Source of the DNA: Eledone cirrhosa
Lineage: Eukaryota
Direction: 5' to 3'
DNA: 64,000 nucleotides
Assembly: GCA_964016885.1 (NCBI GenBank)
Contig: OZ024742.1
Coordinates: 94,364,001-94,428,000, forward strand
Position numbers and translations under genes: made by a program. Shown here one piece after another: positions 32,502-46,799 of the stretch (positions within the stretch are counted from its first letter, which is position 1; each line of letters begins with the position of its first letter). Below the pieces are notes generated by a model. That model had not been told where the DNA came from. It worked only from the letters and a program-made list of their open reading frames with translations, and ran no database searches.

Positions 32502-33311
32502 CGAGGTGTGTCAGAAAAGTTCCAGGACTGATGTCACAAAAGATTTATTTCAAGCCCAAACTTCACACTAAGAGTTTTCTCCTTCAATGGTGTATGTAAC
32601 TGTAATCTTAGCTCTCTGCAGCGATCAAGCTTTTTTTTTGATAATTTTATATACATGTCCTCTGTTTCAGGTCGTCAAGCAATGAGCACAGAGCAATGAA
32701 CAAACTTGAAAACTCCGTCATAAGCACTGGGAATGTTGCAGCAAGTGTATGGAGGTGAGACGATGTCACGCTCACGTGTTTATGAGTGGTGCAAGAGGTT
32801 TAAAGAAGGATGTAAGGACGTGGAAGGCCCTCAACAACCAGGACTGAGGTCAACGTTGAGCACGTCAGGCAGATGGTGCGTAGCGATCGTCGGCTGACTG
32901 TTCGACTGATGGCAAATGAGCTGGGCATGAATCGGGACAGTGTCTGGAAGATTTTCACTGAAGATTTGGACATGCAGAAAGTCTGGTGTTGCAGATGGTG
33001 CTAAAACTGCTGAATGATGACCAGAAGGGTCGACGTATGCAAGTTTGCCAGGACATCCTCGAGCGTCTTGAAACCGAACCAGACTTGCTAGGGACAGTAA
33101 TCACCGGTGATGAGTCAGGGATCTTCGAGTACGACTCGGAGGGGGTCCGTTTTGAAGACATGGATGACATCAAAAAGCGTGGTGGAAAAGGATGGAAAAG
33201 TGCATTAGACTCCAGGGGGTTTACTTTGAAGGAGAAAATTCTTAGTGTGAAGTTTGGGTTTGAAATAAATCTTTTGTGACATCAGTCCTGGAACTTTTCT
33301 GACCCACCTCG
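32502..33311 (+). mobile_element. Internally deleted mariner element with ~70 bp TIRs and TA TSD
   Basis: ta|CGAGGTGTGTCAGAAAAGTTCCAGGACTGATGTCACAAAAG...CTTTTGTGACATCAGTCCTGGAACTTTTCTGACCCACCTCG|ta. Transposase remnants (HTH region, ITGDES..FEYD). Confidence 0.93.
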
Positions 33312-33650
33312 TATACATACATATATATATATATACACGGTTCAAGAGTAACCAATCTTAAAGAGAGAGATGGAGATAGTAGAGGAGATATGAGAGGAAA
33401 GATTGGTGAGTTAGTTAGAAGCCGAAGCGTAAAGGCATGTGCTCAATGTGCAATATGCAGTAGAAAGCAGCTAGGTGGCTGGGTTCATGCAGAGGTTAGG
33501 TGCGCAGAGCTGGAAATATTCATTAGTTAAGCAAAACAAGACCACAAATTTCACAAGGAAGATAATTATTAAAAGATTGTCAACATATTTTAGTTTGATG
33601 TAAGGAATGTGAGAATAATAATAATAATAATATTAATAATAATAATGTCC

Positions 33651-33771
33651 GTTTACAATTGTTTCGCTACTCCATATAATATTTCTGGATCAAATGACTA
33701 TATATGATAATTGATCTGGTTCAGTTGAAAATAATTAACATATTTAAAAAAACAGAGTGGCTCATCGGAAC
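33651..33771 (-). ncRNA. Hammerhead motif of the Naiad-like PLE (left arm)
   Basis: Mirror image of 37191-37311. Confidence 0.6.
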
Positions 33772-33811
33772 TCAAAGGATTATAAATTAAAATAATGTTA
33801 CATAATATAAT

Positions 33812-33915
33812 TGTTTCTATTTTAGGCACAAGGCCACCAATTACCCAGTGCATTACTGGTACTTTATTTTATCGACCCCGTAAGGATGAAAGGCAAAGTC
33901 AACCTCGGCGGGATT
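33812..33915 (-). mobile_element. 5'-truncated SINE family 1 with 16 bp TSD
   Basis: TSD TGTTACATAATATAAT at 33796-33811 and 33916-33931. The site is empty in the right arm (~37150-37167). Confidence 0.93.
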
Positions 33916-34258
33916 TGTTACATAATATAATGTTCCATATATTGGTTTTTACTATGGTGCCTTGGTTACATCAGCTGTCAGCCATACTCAAGCAGTATTC
34001 ATCTGTCGATGCTGCATTGTGTGAGATCTGCCTATGGGTAACAAGAAGGCTGCCAAAGGGCATATTTACCTTACTAATTAGAGGGTGGTTTCAGGGGATG
34101 TAACTTCTCGAGAGATTAGAGATTGTGTGTATTTTATAGTTATGTGCTAGTATTTAAATTATTTAATTGAGAGACAATGTAGGGGAGGTAACTCATAATT
34201 ATCGAGTTGTTCATAGCAATTTAACTTATTAGCTACAATTAGAGATGGGGCTACATGA

Positions 34259-35137
34259 CTAAATTGGGTCAAAAACTCTATTGGAGAAGGAATTAGCCCT
34301 TCGATGTTGACAGCTAATGGTTACCTCCGTTCTATCGTTAATTGGTAGAGGTCGTGATAGAGTTATGTAATATGCTTCCGTAACACAGAAATCACAATAT
34401 TTCCTTCGTCCATTGAACGGTTGGGCCCTAGCTACGATATCCCATTTTAGTGAGTGTTGAACTTTGTTTAATTTAAGGTTTTTAATGAGCCTAGCTAGCG
34501 ATGTCGAACATCTGTTGCTAGGGTCTCGGAAGGAAAAAGAGTGCGCGTTATAGCGTACCTTAAAAGGGTTAGAGGTAGATCCGATATAAGAGCTGGTATT
34601 CGAAGCAGTCTCAACTGTGCACCTATAGACTATGTTGGGTGTCAGGCAGTGTCCATTTAATGGGCATGCATTGGGGTACCGGCAGCTGCAGTTGCTTCTG
34701 CGGTTAGTGAGAGTAGGGTTGTTTAACCTAAGCAGTTGGTCCGTGCTAGAAGGATTAGATGGGGGAGGTGTGCTACTAGAGTAATTATTGGTGTAGTGGC
34801 GTGGTGTATTTGATAGGGGTGGTGGTACCGCGGTGTGGGAGTTATACTGTCTTAGCTTATGATGGTTACTGAACGCGATGTGGCTAGCTAGGTTAGGTGT
34901 TGTGGAGAATGAGAATTTAATGTTATTTTTATTAAAGAGTTTGTAATATTTATGGTTAGGGGGGAAGTGTTTGGATAGGATAGAGAAGAAGCGATTGGGG
35001 ATATTAGTGGCTAGATTAGATGAGAATGGTGGGTTAAGCCAGGTGATATTTCTAGGTCTATTCCTTCTAGGGGTTCTAGTGGAGTTGGTAGGGGCCTTCC
35101 TAGGGTTATTATTACCTGGGGCTTTGTTATTTGTCAT
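34259..35137 (-). CDS. Inverted partial PLE ORF (linker and GIY-YIG)
   Basis: 292 aa, nearly identical to the C-terminal part of 35198-36823. Confidence 0.8.
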   Translation of the reverse strand: MTNNKAPGNNNPRKAPTNSTRTPRRNRPRNITWLNPPFSSNLATNIPNRFFSILSKHFPPNHKYYKLFNKNNIKFSFSTTPNLASHIAFSNHHKLRQYNSHTAVPPPLSNTPRHYTNNYSSSTPPPSNPSSTDQLLRLNNPTLTNRRSNCSCRYPNACPLNGHCLTPNIVYRCTVETASNTSSYIGSTSNPFKVRYNAHSFSFRDPSNRCSTSLARLIKNLKLNKVQHSLKWDIVARAQPFNGRRKYCDFCVTEAYYITLSRPLPINDRTEVTISCQHRRANSFSNRVFDPI

Positions 35138-35197
35138 CCACTAGCCCTAGCCACCACCAACTCGGACATAACCAACAATGAGATTAACATCATACTC

Positions 35198-36823
35198 ATG
35201 GCTAGGCAGACTAGCATTGAATTCAACGGAGCACTCTGGACTAGAAAAGATAGAACAGACAACTTTGACATTACGATGGGCTCAAGTGACTCCGCGCAAA
35301 TCACCGATTTAGTTGGGATTTACCTATTTGGTAACATCAGAGACGAAATACAACCCATGCAAGGTGGAATATACAGGGACGACGCCCTATTTGCAGTCCA
35401 CAATTGCATTAATCGGGGAATCGATTTGCTAAAGAAACAATTTCATAGATTCTTCAAACATAACGGTCTCTCTATCACCATCGAGCTGAACCATAAAGTA
35501 GTAAACTTCCTAGACGTCACTCTTGATCTCAACAATAACCTTTATAACCCTTACCATAAACCAGGCGAAATACTCACATATATTAGCTCACACTCTAACC
35601 ACCCACCGGCAGTCATCAGAGCAGTAATCAAATCTATCTCCTATAGGATCTCAATGCTATCAGCAAATGAAGAGATATTTATAAACCACGCACAATATTA
35701 TAATAAGGCTCTCTCTGAATCTGGTTATAAACAATCAATTTATTACATACCAAAATGCCATAACACAGCAATTCACCATACTAAACTTAACACTAGAACT
35801 AGAAATACCTTAGCATATAGCCAGATTCGCCGGAATTTTAGCAGTAACAGCACCTATACAGGGAACCTTAATGGTGGCAGCGGCCTGCTCTCCACTCTAA
35901 GTAGCAAACAAAGAATCAACCCTAGAATAGGAATGAGAAATGGGATGACAAATAACAAACCCCCAGGTAATAATAACCCTAGGAAGGCCCCTACCAACTC
36001 CACTAGAACCCCTAGAAGGAATAGACCTAGAAATATCACTTGGATTAACCCACTATTCTCATCTAATCTAGCCACTAATATCCCCAATCGCTTCTTCTCT
36101 ATCCTATCCAAACACTTCCCCCCTAACCATAGATATTACAAACTCTTTAATAAAAATAACATTAACATCTCATTCTCCACAACACCTAACCTAGCTAGCC
36201 ACATCGCGTTCAGTAACCATCATAAGCTAAGACAGTATAACTCCCACACCGCGGTACCACCACCCCTATCAAATACACCACGCCACTACACCAATAATTA
36301 CTCTAGTAGCACACCTCCCCCATCTAATCCTTCTAGCACGGACCAACTGCTTAGGTTAAACAACCCTACTCTCACTAACCGCAGAAGCAACTGCAGCTGC
36401 CGGTACCCCAATGCATGCCCATTAAATGGACACTGCCTGACACCCAACATAGTCTATAGGTGCACAGTTGAGACTGCTTCGAATACCAGCTCTTATATCG
36501 GATCTACCTCTAACCCTTTTAAGGTACGCTATAACGCGCACTCTTTTTCCTTCCGAGACCCTAGCAACAGATGTTCGACATCGCTAGCTAGGCTCATTAA
36601 AAACCTTAAATTAAACAAAGTTGAACACTCACTAAAATGGGATATCGTAGCTAGGGCCCAACCGTTCAATGGACGAAGGAAATATTGTGATCTCTGTGTT
36701 ACGGAAGCATATTACATAACTCTATCACGACCTCTACCAATTAACGATAGAACGGAGGTAACCATTAGCTGTCAACATCGAAGGGCTAATTCCTTCGCCA
36801 ATAGAGTTTTTGACCCAACTTAG
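35198..36823 (+). CDS. 5'-truncated PLE ORF: RT C-half, thumb and GIY-YIG endonuclease
   Basis: FDITMGS, GIYRDD, NFLDVTLDL, YHKP, SNHPP, CSCx5Cx5C, IVY..YIGST..FKVRYNAH, CDLC..E. Confidence 0.88.
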   Translation: MARQTSIEFNGALWTRKDRTDNFDITMGSSDSAQITDLVGIYLFGNIRDEIQPMQGGIYRDDALFAVHNCINRGIDLLKKQFHRFFKHNGLSITIELNHKVVNFLDVTLDLNNNLYNPYHKPGEILTYISSHSNHPPAVIRAVIKSISYRISMLSANEEIFINHAQYYNKALSESGYKQSIYYIPKCHNTAIHHTKLNTRTRNTLAYSQIRRNFSSNSTYTGNLNGGSGLLSTLSSKQRINPRIGMRNGMTNNKPPGNNNPRKAPTNSTRTPRRNRPRNITWINPLFSSNLATNIPNRFFSILSKHFPPNHRYYKLFNKNNINISFSTTPNLASHIAFSNHHKLRQYNSHTAVPPPLSNTPRHYTNNYSSSTPPPSNPSSTDQLLRLNNPTLTNRRSNCSCRYPNACPLNGHCLTPNIVYRCTVETASNTSSYIGSTSNPFKVRYNAHSFSFRDPSNRCSTSLARLIKNLKLNKVEHSLKWDIVARAQPFNGRRKYCDLCVTEAYYITLSRPLPINDRTEVTISCQHRRANSFANRVFDPT

Positions 36824-37190
36824 TCATGTAGCCCCATCTCTAATTGTAGCTAATAAGTTAAATTGCTATGAACAACTCGATAATTATAAGTTACCTCCCC
36901 TACATTGTCTCTCAATTAAATAATTTAAATACTAGCACATAACTATAAAATACACACAATCTCTAATCTCTCGAGAAGTTACTTCCCTTGAAACCACCCT
37001 CTAATTAGTAAGGTAAATATGCCCTTTGGCAGCCTTCTTGTTACCCATAGGCAGATCTCACACAATTCAGCCTCGACAGATGAATACTGCTTGATTATGG
37101 CTGACAGCTATTGCAACCAAGGCACCATAGTAAAAACCAATATATGGAACATTATAATATGTAACATTATTTTAATTTATATTCCTTTGA

Positions 37191-37311
37191 GTTCCGATGA
37201 GCCACTCTGTTTTTTTAAATATGTTAATTATTTTCAACTGAACCAGACCAATTATCATATATAGTCATCTGATCCAGAAATATTATATGGAGTAGCGAAA
37301 CAATTGTAAAC
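37191..37311 (+). ncRNA. Type I hammerhead motif with palindromic stem III and expanded stem II
   Basis: GTT-CCGATGA-GCCACTC-(~80 nt)-GAGTAGC-GAAAC-AATT-GTA-AAC. Confidence 0.6.
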
Positions 37312-37442
37312 GGACATTATTATTATTAATATTATTATTATTATTATTCTCTACATTCCTTACATCAAAGTAAAATATGTTGACAATCTTTTAATAATGT
37401 CTTTCTTGTGAAATTTGTGGACTTGTTTTGCTTAACTAATGA

Positions 37443-37479
<37 letters not shown>

Positions 37480-37726
37480 CATATATGTGTGTGTACATGT
37501 ATTCCTATACATGAGTCTGTATTGATGTGTACATGTGTGTGTATGTGGAGAGGGTGTTTTTCTATGTTATCACATGAGACAAATCAATGATAAGGAAAGA
37601 ATGGTCTACCTTAAATATTAATGAAATATTAATCTTCATGCTTCACTTCAATCCTTCCATTTTGCCATTTTGACATAATATATATATATATATTTGTGTG
37701 TGTGTGATCGTGTGTGTGTGTGTATA

Positions 37727-37797
<71 letters not shown>

Positions 37798-38439
37798 TCA
37801 GATTCCTGATGATTTCTCACGAATGAAACCGTTCGAGTCCTGTAGAATCTTTTCTATATATATATATGTCTGTATGTACTTATGTTTCATGGTCACGCTG
37901 TTTGATTTTTGAGACAGTACAATACTACATACACATCATACATTGTTTAGACAAAGCTGAAGTGGCTATTCATGAGAAACAACTAAGAAACAAAAGTATT
38001 GAATAAACAAGACAAGAACAACTGAGAATGTGACTTAACAGTTTTTCTCCCTTGCTTGAATGTGCATTTCTAAGAGTAAAGTAGAAAATGGCTAGAACAA
38101 TTTTATTATTTAGACAAATGGGACCTTTGTCAGTTGTAATTTACTGTCCTATACTTATGTCACATTAATTTGTAAAAGGAGTGTATTTGTGTGTATTAAG
38201 TCTATGTCAGGTTGTGGCTTACTGAGATGAGGAATTTACAAAAGTTTATCAGAGGTAATTTTTCAAAGGTGGGGTGTGTGCATACTTAAATGTGATATTT
38301 TATTATGAACGTGCATGTAATGTGAATAGAAGTCAGGAAGAAATTATGTATTCAATGAGCTAAGAAGTTTGTGAAGATCTATCTAACATGTGACAATTGC
38401 TGTTTATGTACAGATGTGTTTATAAGCTGTGTTACATTT

Positions 38440-39705
38440 GCGATTCTGGAAAATATTGAATAGTGGCACACAATCAAATTCTGTTTGAAATTCAACATAT
38501 CTGCAAGCAAAACTTTTAATTCTTTAACACAAGCTTGTCGAGATGCCACTTTATCGAGAAGTAAAGTTTATAAGTGGCACAAAGCTTTCAAAGAGAGCTG
38601 AGATAATGTTAAGATGAACCTTGTTCTGGAAGGCCAATTTCATCAACAAAGTGTGGAAGGTGTGCATGTGGTGATGGAAAAAGACCACCGATTAATTGTT
38701 AGGAGGAGTGCAGAAGAAATAGGCTTGGATAAAAATGCAGTTCTCAGAAGTTTTACAGAACATTTGCACATGCGAAAAATGTGTGCAAAACTAGTGTCCA
38801 AACTCTTGTCTGTGGAGCATAAAATGAACTGATTGGCAAATTGTCAGGATTTGTTTGAAAGACTCAACATTTCTTGGATAAAATAATAATAGGAAATGAA
38901 TCATGGGTGTTTGAGTATGATCCAGATACAAAACAACAAAGTTAGGAGTGGCACAGGAAAAATTCTCCTGATCCGAAGAAAGCTTGCATGAGCAGATCCA
39001 GGGGGAAAACGAGAATTATCTTTTTTTCCGACAGCTGTGGTATTGTACATAAAGAAATTTTACCTCCAAGTTAGACAGATTCTAACTTGGATTCCAACAA
39101 CAAAATTCTCTTGGAAAGACTTCAAAAACAGATCCAGCAAGTGTGAAAAGACATAGCAGGAGATTAGGTACTGCACCATAATAACATGCCTGCTCACACA
39201 GCCCTTAGAGAATTTATGGTGAAGAAAAACATTCCCCTCTTACAAATCCTCCCTACAACCCAAACCTAGCTCTGTGTGATTTCTACCTCTTCCCTAAATT
39301 AAAATCAAAGTGAAAGGTCATTATTTTGGGACTGTGGAAAACATCCAAAAATGTAACAGACAAGCTAAGGACACTCACAGAAAATAACTTCAAGAACTGC
39401 TATGATCAATGGAATAAATATTGGTACCCCTGTGTGACTTCCCAAGGGTCGATTTTGAAAGGGACAGCACTCACTGTAAATGAGGTTGGTGTTAGGAAGG
39501 GCATCCAGCTGTAGAAATCAAGCCAGATCAGTTCCTGTATGAGCAAGGCATGGTCAGCCGACCAGACACTGCCCACAACAGGACAACCCGTCTAACCCAT
39601 GCTAGCGTGGAAGAACGGACGTAAAACGGTGATGATGATGATGATGATGATGTTTGTCTAAAATACATTTAAATAAAACATCAGTACACTTATTTTCGGA
39701 ACAAA
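38440..39705 (+). mobile_element. Decayed mariner transposase relic
   Basis: IKFCLK, GNESWVFEYDPDTKQQS, LHHNNMPAHT and PPYNPNLALCDFYLFPKLK motifs, with stops and frameshifts. Confidence 0.85.
39465..39652 (+). mobile_element. RTE 3'UTR fragment inserted near the mariner end
   Basis: Near-identical to the reverse complement of 11823-12010. (GAT)n tail. Confidence 0.88.
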
Positions 39706-40102
39706 CCTGCTCTTACCCCAAAGCCAAAGTAGCTATATGAAGACAGCTTAAACTACCCACAGCAATACTAAACACAAGATTAAAAATAAACATATTGTAC
39801 ATGGGTTCATATTTACATTTCTTCAGAATAAAATTGTATTAGTGCTATTACTAATTATAATCTATATTTTAACATAAAATTAACATATTTTAACATAAGT
39901 ATTGATTTACTGCTTCCTTTCTTTCATCATCATCATCAACACCCTTTTACATCCATTTTTCCATGCTAGCATGGGTTAGACGAGTTGTCCTGTTGTGGGC
40001 AATGCCGAGATCAGGTGGCCATGACTAGCACATACAGATGTTTTTTTGTTGTGTATTTTATTTGATATATTTTTGTGCATTATATTTATGAGGTTACTAG
40101 CA

Positions 40103-41175
40103 ATAATTGTTTCTACTTTAGGCACAAGGCCAGCAATTACCCAGTGCATTACTGGTACTTTATTTTATCGACCCCGTAAGGATGAAAGGCAAAGTCAACC
40201 TCGGCTAGGTTACTAGCAATAATGAATTGTATTTTTTTTATATATGTTTATATTTTCTTTCTGTTAGGATTTGTAATGATATTTATACAACAGTGAATAA
40301 TTGTTTCTAATTTTGGCACAAGGCCAGCAATTATCCTAGTACATTACTGGTACTTTATTTTATTGACCCCGTAAGGATAAAAGGCAAAGTTAATATCGAC
40401 GGTATTTGAACTCAGTCCGTTAAGAGACGTAACTCTGTGCCGCAAAGCATGGCGTCCGACCCTCTGCTGATACTGCCAATCCACCACCCTCAGTGAATAA
40501 TAAAAATAATATATTACCAAATTAACTGCATTCAAACTTTTTATTTAAAGTAAGATGTAGCTCTGGTAGTAAAACACTTGAAGTGAGCTTTCATCAAAGC
40601 CACAACATCATTGTCATTATGTTCATGATGAACATCTTTCTGTTTTATTTTCTTCAATTTTAATTCTCCTTCAGGCACTCTTACTTCATCTATATCATTA
40701 TCAAGGTTACTACCATCATTGTCATCTTCATTATTATCATCACCGTGGATTGGCAGTATCGGTAGAGGGTCGGATGCCATGCTTTGAAGCATAGAGTTAC
40801 ATCCCTTTATGATCTGAGTTCAAATCCCGCCGAGGTTAATTTTGCCTTTCATCCTTATGGAGTCAATAAAATAAAGTACCAGTAATACACTGGGATAATT
40901 GCTGGCCTTGTGCCAAAAGTAGAAACAATTATTATCATCATCAACAATGTCAGGGCGGTGGATTGGCAGTATCGGTACAGCGTCGAACAATATGCTTTAA
41001 GGCTTAGAGTTATGTCCCTTTACACTCTGAGTTCAAATTCCGCTGAGATTAGCTTTGCCTTTCAACCATACCAGGGGGATAAAACAAAGTACCAGTAACA
41101 CACTGGGGTTGCTTTAACCGACTTCCCCTTCCACCAACATTGCTGGCCTTGTGCCTAAATCAGAAACCATTATTA
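40103..41175. mobile_element. Cluster of four SINE family 1 copies (40103-40206 -, 40300-40490 -, 40742-40935 +, 40950-41175 +)
   Basis: Conserved body in each. TSDs AGGTTACTAGCAATAAT and CAGTGAATAAT around the first two. Confidence 0.9.
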
Positions 41176-41661
41176 TCATCATCATCAATGTTGGCACCTT
41201 CACTGTCATCATCCCCATCATTGACACCATTGCCATCATCATTGGTGCCAACATCACTCTCATCATTAGTATTAGCAGTGTTGTCCTTTTAAGCATTTTC
41301 AAAAATCTACTGCTTTTCACCGCATCACAAAATCAATACCACCATCACTACAACACTCCATCACCATCTCTACACCATGCCTCTACACCTCACACTTCAT
41401 ATTCATGTAGGTGTGCACACACTCACGATGCCACACCATCCTCACCACAACCATCACCAACAATACCTACTATCATCATATTTTTACAGTCATCTTGATC
41501 ACTATCCCCTCTACAATTATGGTAATCACCATCAGCATATCAGGAATTGAATGAGGAAATGTAGATGTGTGTGTGTGTGCATGTATAAATATATATAACT
41601 ATATAGCTGTTGAAAGAACAAGAGCTGAGCTGCAGGGTACAGACTCATTATAATATATAAC

Positions 41662-41830
41662 ACGGTGGTGGATTGGTAGTATCGGTAGAGAGTCGGACGC
41701 CATGCTTTGAAGCATAGAGTTGCGTCCCTTTATGATCTGAGTTCAAATCCCGCCGAGGTTAACTTTGCCTTTCATCCTTACGGGGTAGATAAAATAAAGT
41801 ACCAGTAATGCACTGGGTAATTGCTGGCCT
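41662..41830 (+). mobile_element. SINE family 1 flanked by TATAATATATAACAC duplication
   Basis: Direct repeat on both sides. The usual 3' tail is missing. Confidence 0.88.
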
Positions 41831-41849
41831 ATAATATATAACACTGCCA

Positions 41850-42050
41850 TCCAGTTCCACACTGTAAATGTGGTTGGTGTTAGGAAGGGCATTCAGCTGT
41901 AAAAATCCCAATCAAATTTACAGTTCAGTCAGAGCAAGGTGCAGCATGGCTCATTCTTGCCCAACATATGTCTCAATGTGGATGACCCGTCTAACCCATA
42001 CAAGCATAGAAAATAGACGTTAAACGGTGATGAAGATGATGATGATGCTG
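41850..42050 (+). mobile_element. RTE 3'UTR fragment
   Basis: GTGGTTGGTGTTAGGAAGGGCAT...GACGTTAAACG-(GAT)n. Confidence 0.8.
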
Positions 42051-42499
42051 ATATATGCGTGTGTGCGTTTATCTGCATGTGTATGTATGTATGTATGCAT
42101 AGCAATACACAAAGAGATAGTAACAACAATTACATATATTGGCACAGTATACCCAATATCTTTATTTCTCTCTCTCTCCCTATCTATCTATCTCAACACA
42201 CATAGATGCACACATATATATATTTCTATTGATAAGTATATATGTATGTATGTGTGTGTGTGCGTCTGCATTTGTATACTGATACATACTGACACACACA
42301 CATACACACTTATACAAACAGATGCAATGACATTGGTGTGCATTGTTTGATTTTTATATTCATAAGACATTATACTATGGACAATATTTACATTTTAGTT
42401 TACAAAATATCCTGGGAGATATATTTTACTTTAAATACAAAGCTTGTGGCCAAATTATTTGATTTCAGCAAACAAAATCATATGATTATATATATAAGT

Positions 42500-45300
<2,801 letters not shown>

Positions 45301-46799
45301 CGTGTATAAATATATTTATACATACATATGATAACTATCAATACTTTTATATATATATAGACATTTATATGAATATATGGGTATATGCATGTTGATTGTA
45401 TAATGATATGTTTATATGAAAATATATATATGTATGCTTAAGTAAAAGCACATATATATATTTATATAAATGTAATACCTGATTTCGTGTGTTTTTATTA
45501 TGGTGTATATAAACGCTGTTTATAAAACATATATTTGTGTACTTTGTGTGTGTATGTGTACATCTTGAACTTCAAGGATACACATTCACATGTGTATGTC
45601 TGTGTGTATGTATAGGTGTATGTGAACTATGTGTATAAAACAATCTATGTATGTGTGTGTATTGATCTATAAAACACACAAGTATAATATGCGTGTGTAA
45701 AATACCTGTGTGTGTATGTATGTTGAACTACATCCACAAAGCACACACATGTATATTGTTTATAATATGTCAGTGAATATAAATAAGGACAGACAATATA
45801 ATTTCCCTAAATCAAATAGTGAATGTTATTATAGTTGTTTTGAATAACTATTTTCAAATCTTGCTTCCAAATAGCTTTTTTATTGATGTTTGTCTCATGG
45901 TGATGACGATGATGGTGATGATGATGGTGGGGATGTTTATCAGGATAGTGTCAATGGCAGCATAGGTGATGAAGGTCATGGTACTGTGTATAAGAACAAC
46001 AACACTAATAATAATAATAATAAGAAGAATTTTAAACAAATAAATAATAGCTGCCTTGTGGTGACACACTGGTTCATTTGGTGGGATATGTTTTGTCCAA
46101 TTTTGTACATTTACACAGTCCATGGTCGGCTATCAGTTTCCACAATCGTCTCTCGTGGAAAGGGCTCTTAATGCCTGTTTAAATACTTCTCGCTTTTCCA
46201 ACTCTTCAAAAATTCAAATTCAAAATGGTTGGTTTAAAATATTGAGGAGAATATGGCTGTCACAGAGGTCACATTTTTCGTATCTTTACTCATAGTAGCA
46301 GAGTCAACAATGAAGCCTTGCTGATCCCTGATGACGACAGCAGCACCAACAAAAATCAACTCAGAAAGTAACAATAATAATAACAATAATGACAATGTGC
46401 CTTACCTTTTTCTATGGCAAACACAATTACAATAACAACAATCATTTGAAAGGAAAAGCCAGTCTATTTATTGACTAGACTCTATGGCCTTAACCAGATC
46501 AAAACATGTAATATCACCCAGACAACAACAAAACAAAAGGAAGAAAGGACAAACAGCCGCAATGTCATCCACACCACCACTACCATTACCACAGAAACAC
46601 TTTCAAACAACACCTATTCTGCCAGCACCGCGACCAGCACCAGCAGAGTCACAGCCTCTGTGATAGTTGAAACAGGCAACATCAACAATGGAAACAACAA
46701 TAACACTCACAAGGCCAAAAAGAAGTCTTTAGCCTTGGTTGGTGACATTCCTAGTGATAGTGTACACAATAAAATACGAATGTCATGAAAATAATGACG

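Larger units (their letters stand above)
33336..37445. mobile_element. PLE (Naiad-like) with ~1.5 kb inverted duplication
   Basis: 33520-35138 is the reverse complement of 35945-37445. 5'-truncated RT and GIY-YIG on +, inverted GIY-YIG copy on -. (TA)n flanks. Confidence 0.93.

Noticed and set aside
36824-37190. SECIS element (some Naiad PLEs encode selenoproteins)
   Set aside because: The ORF uses ordinary Cys codons with no in-frame UGA, and I see no clear AUGA/AA/GA stem.
46055-46174. Possible minus-strand first coding exon (acceptor TTAAACAG, Kozak-like GCCGACCATGG, MDCVNVQNW...)
   Set aside because: Only a weak GC donor, no recognisable protein and no linked exons. It needs RNA-seq.
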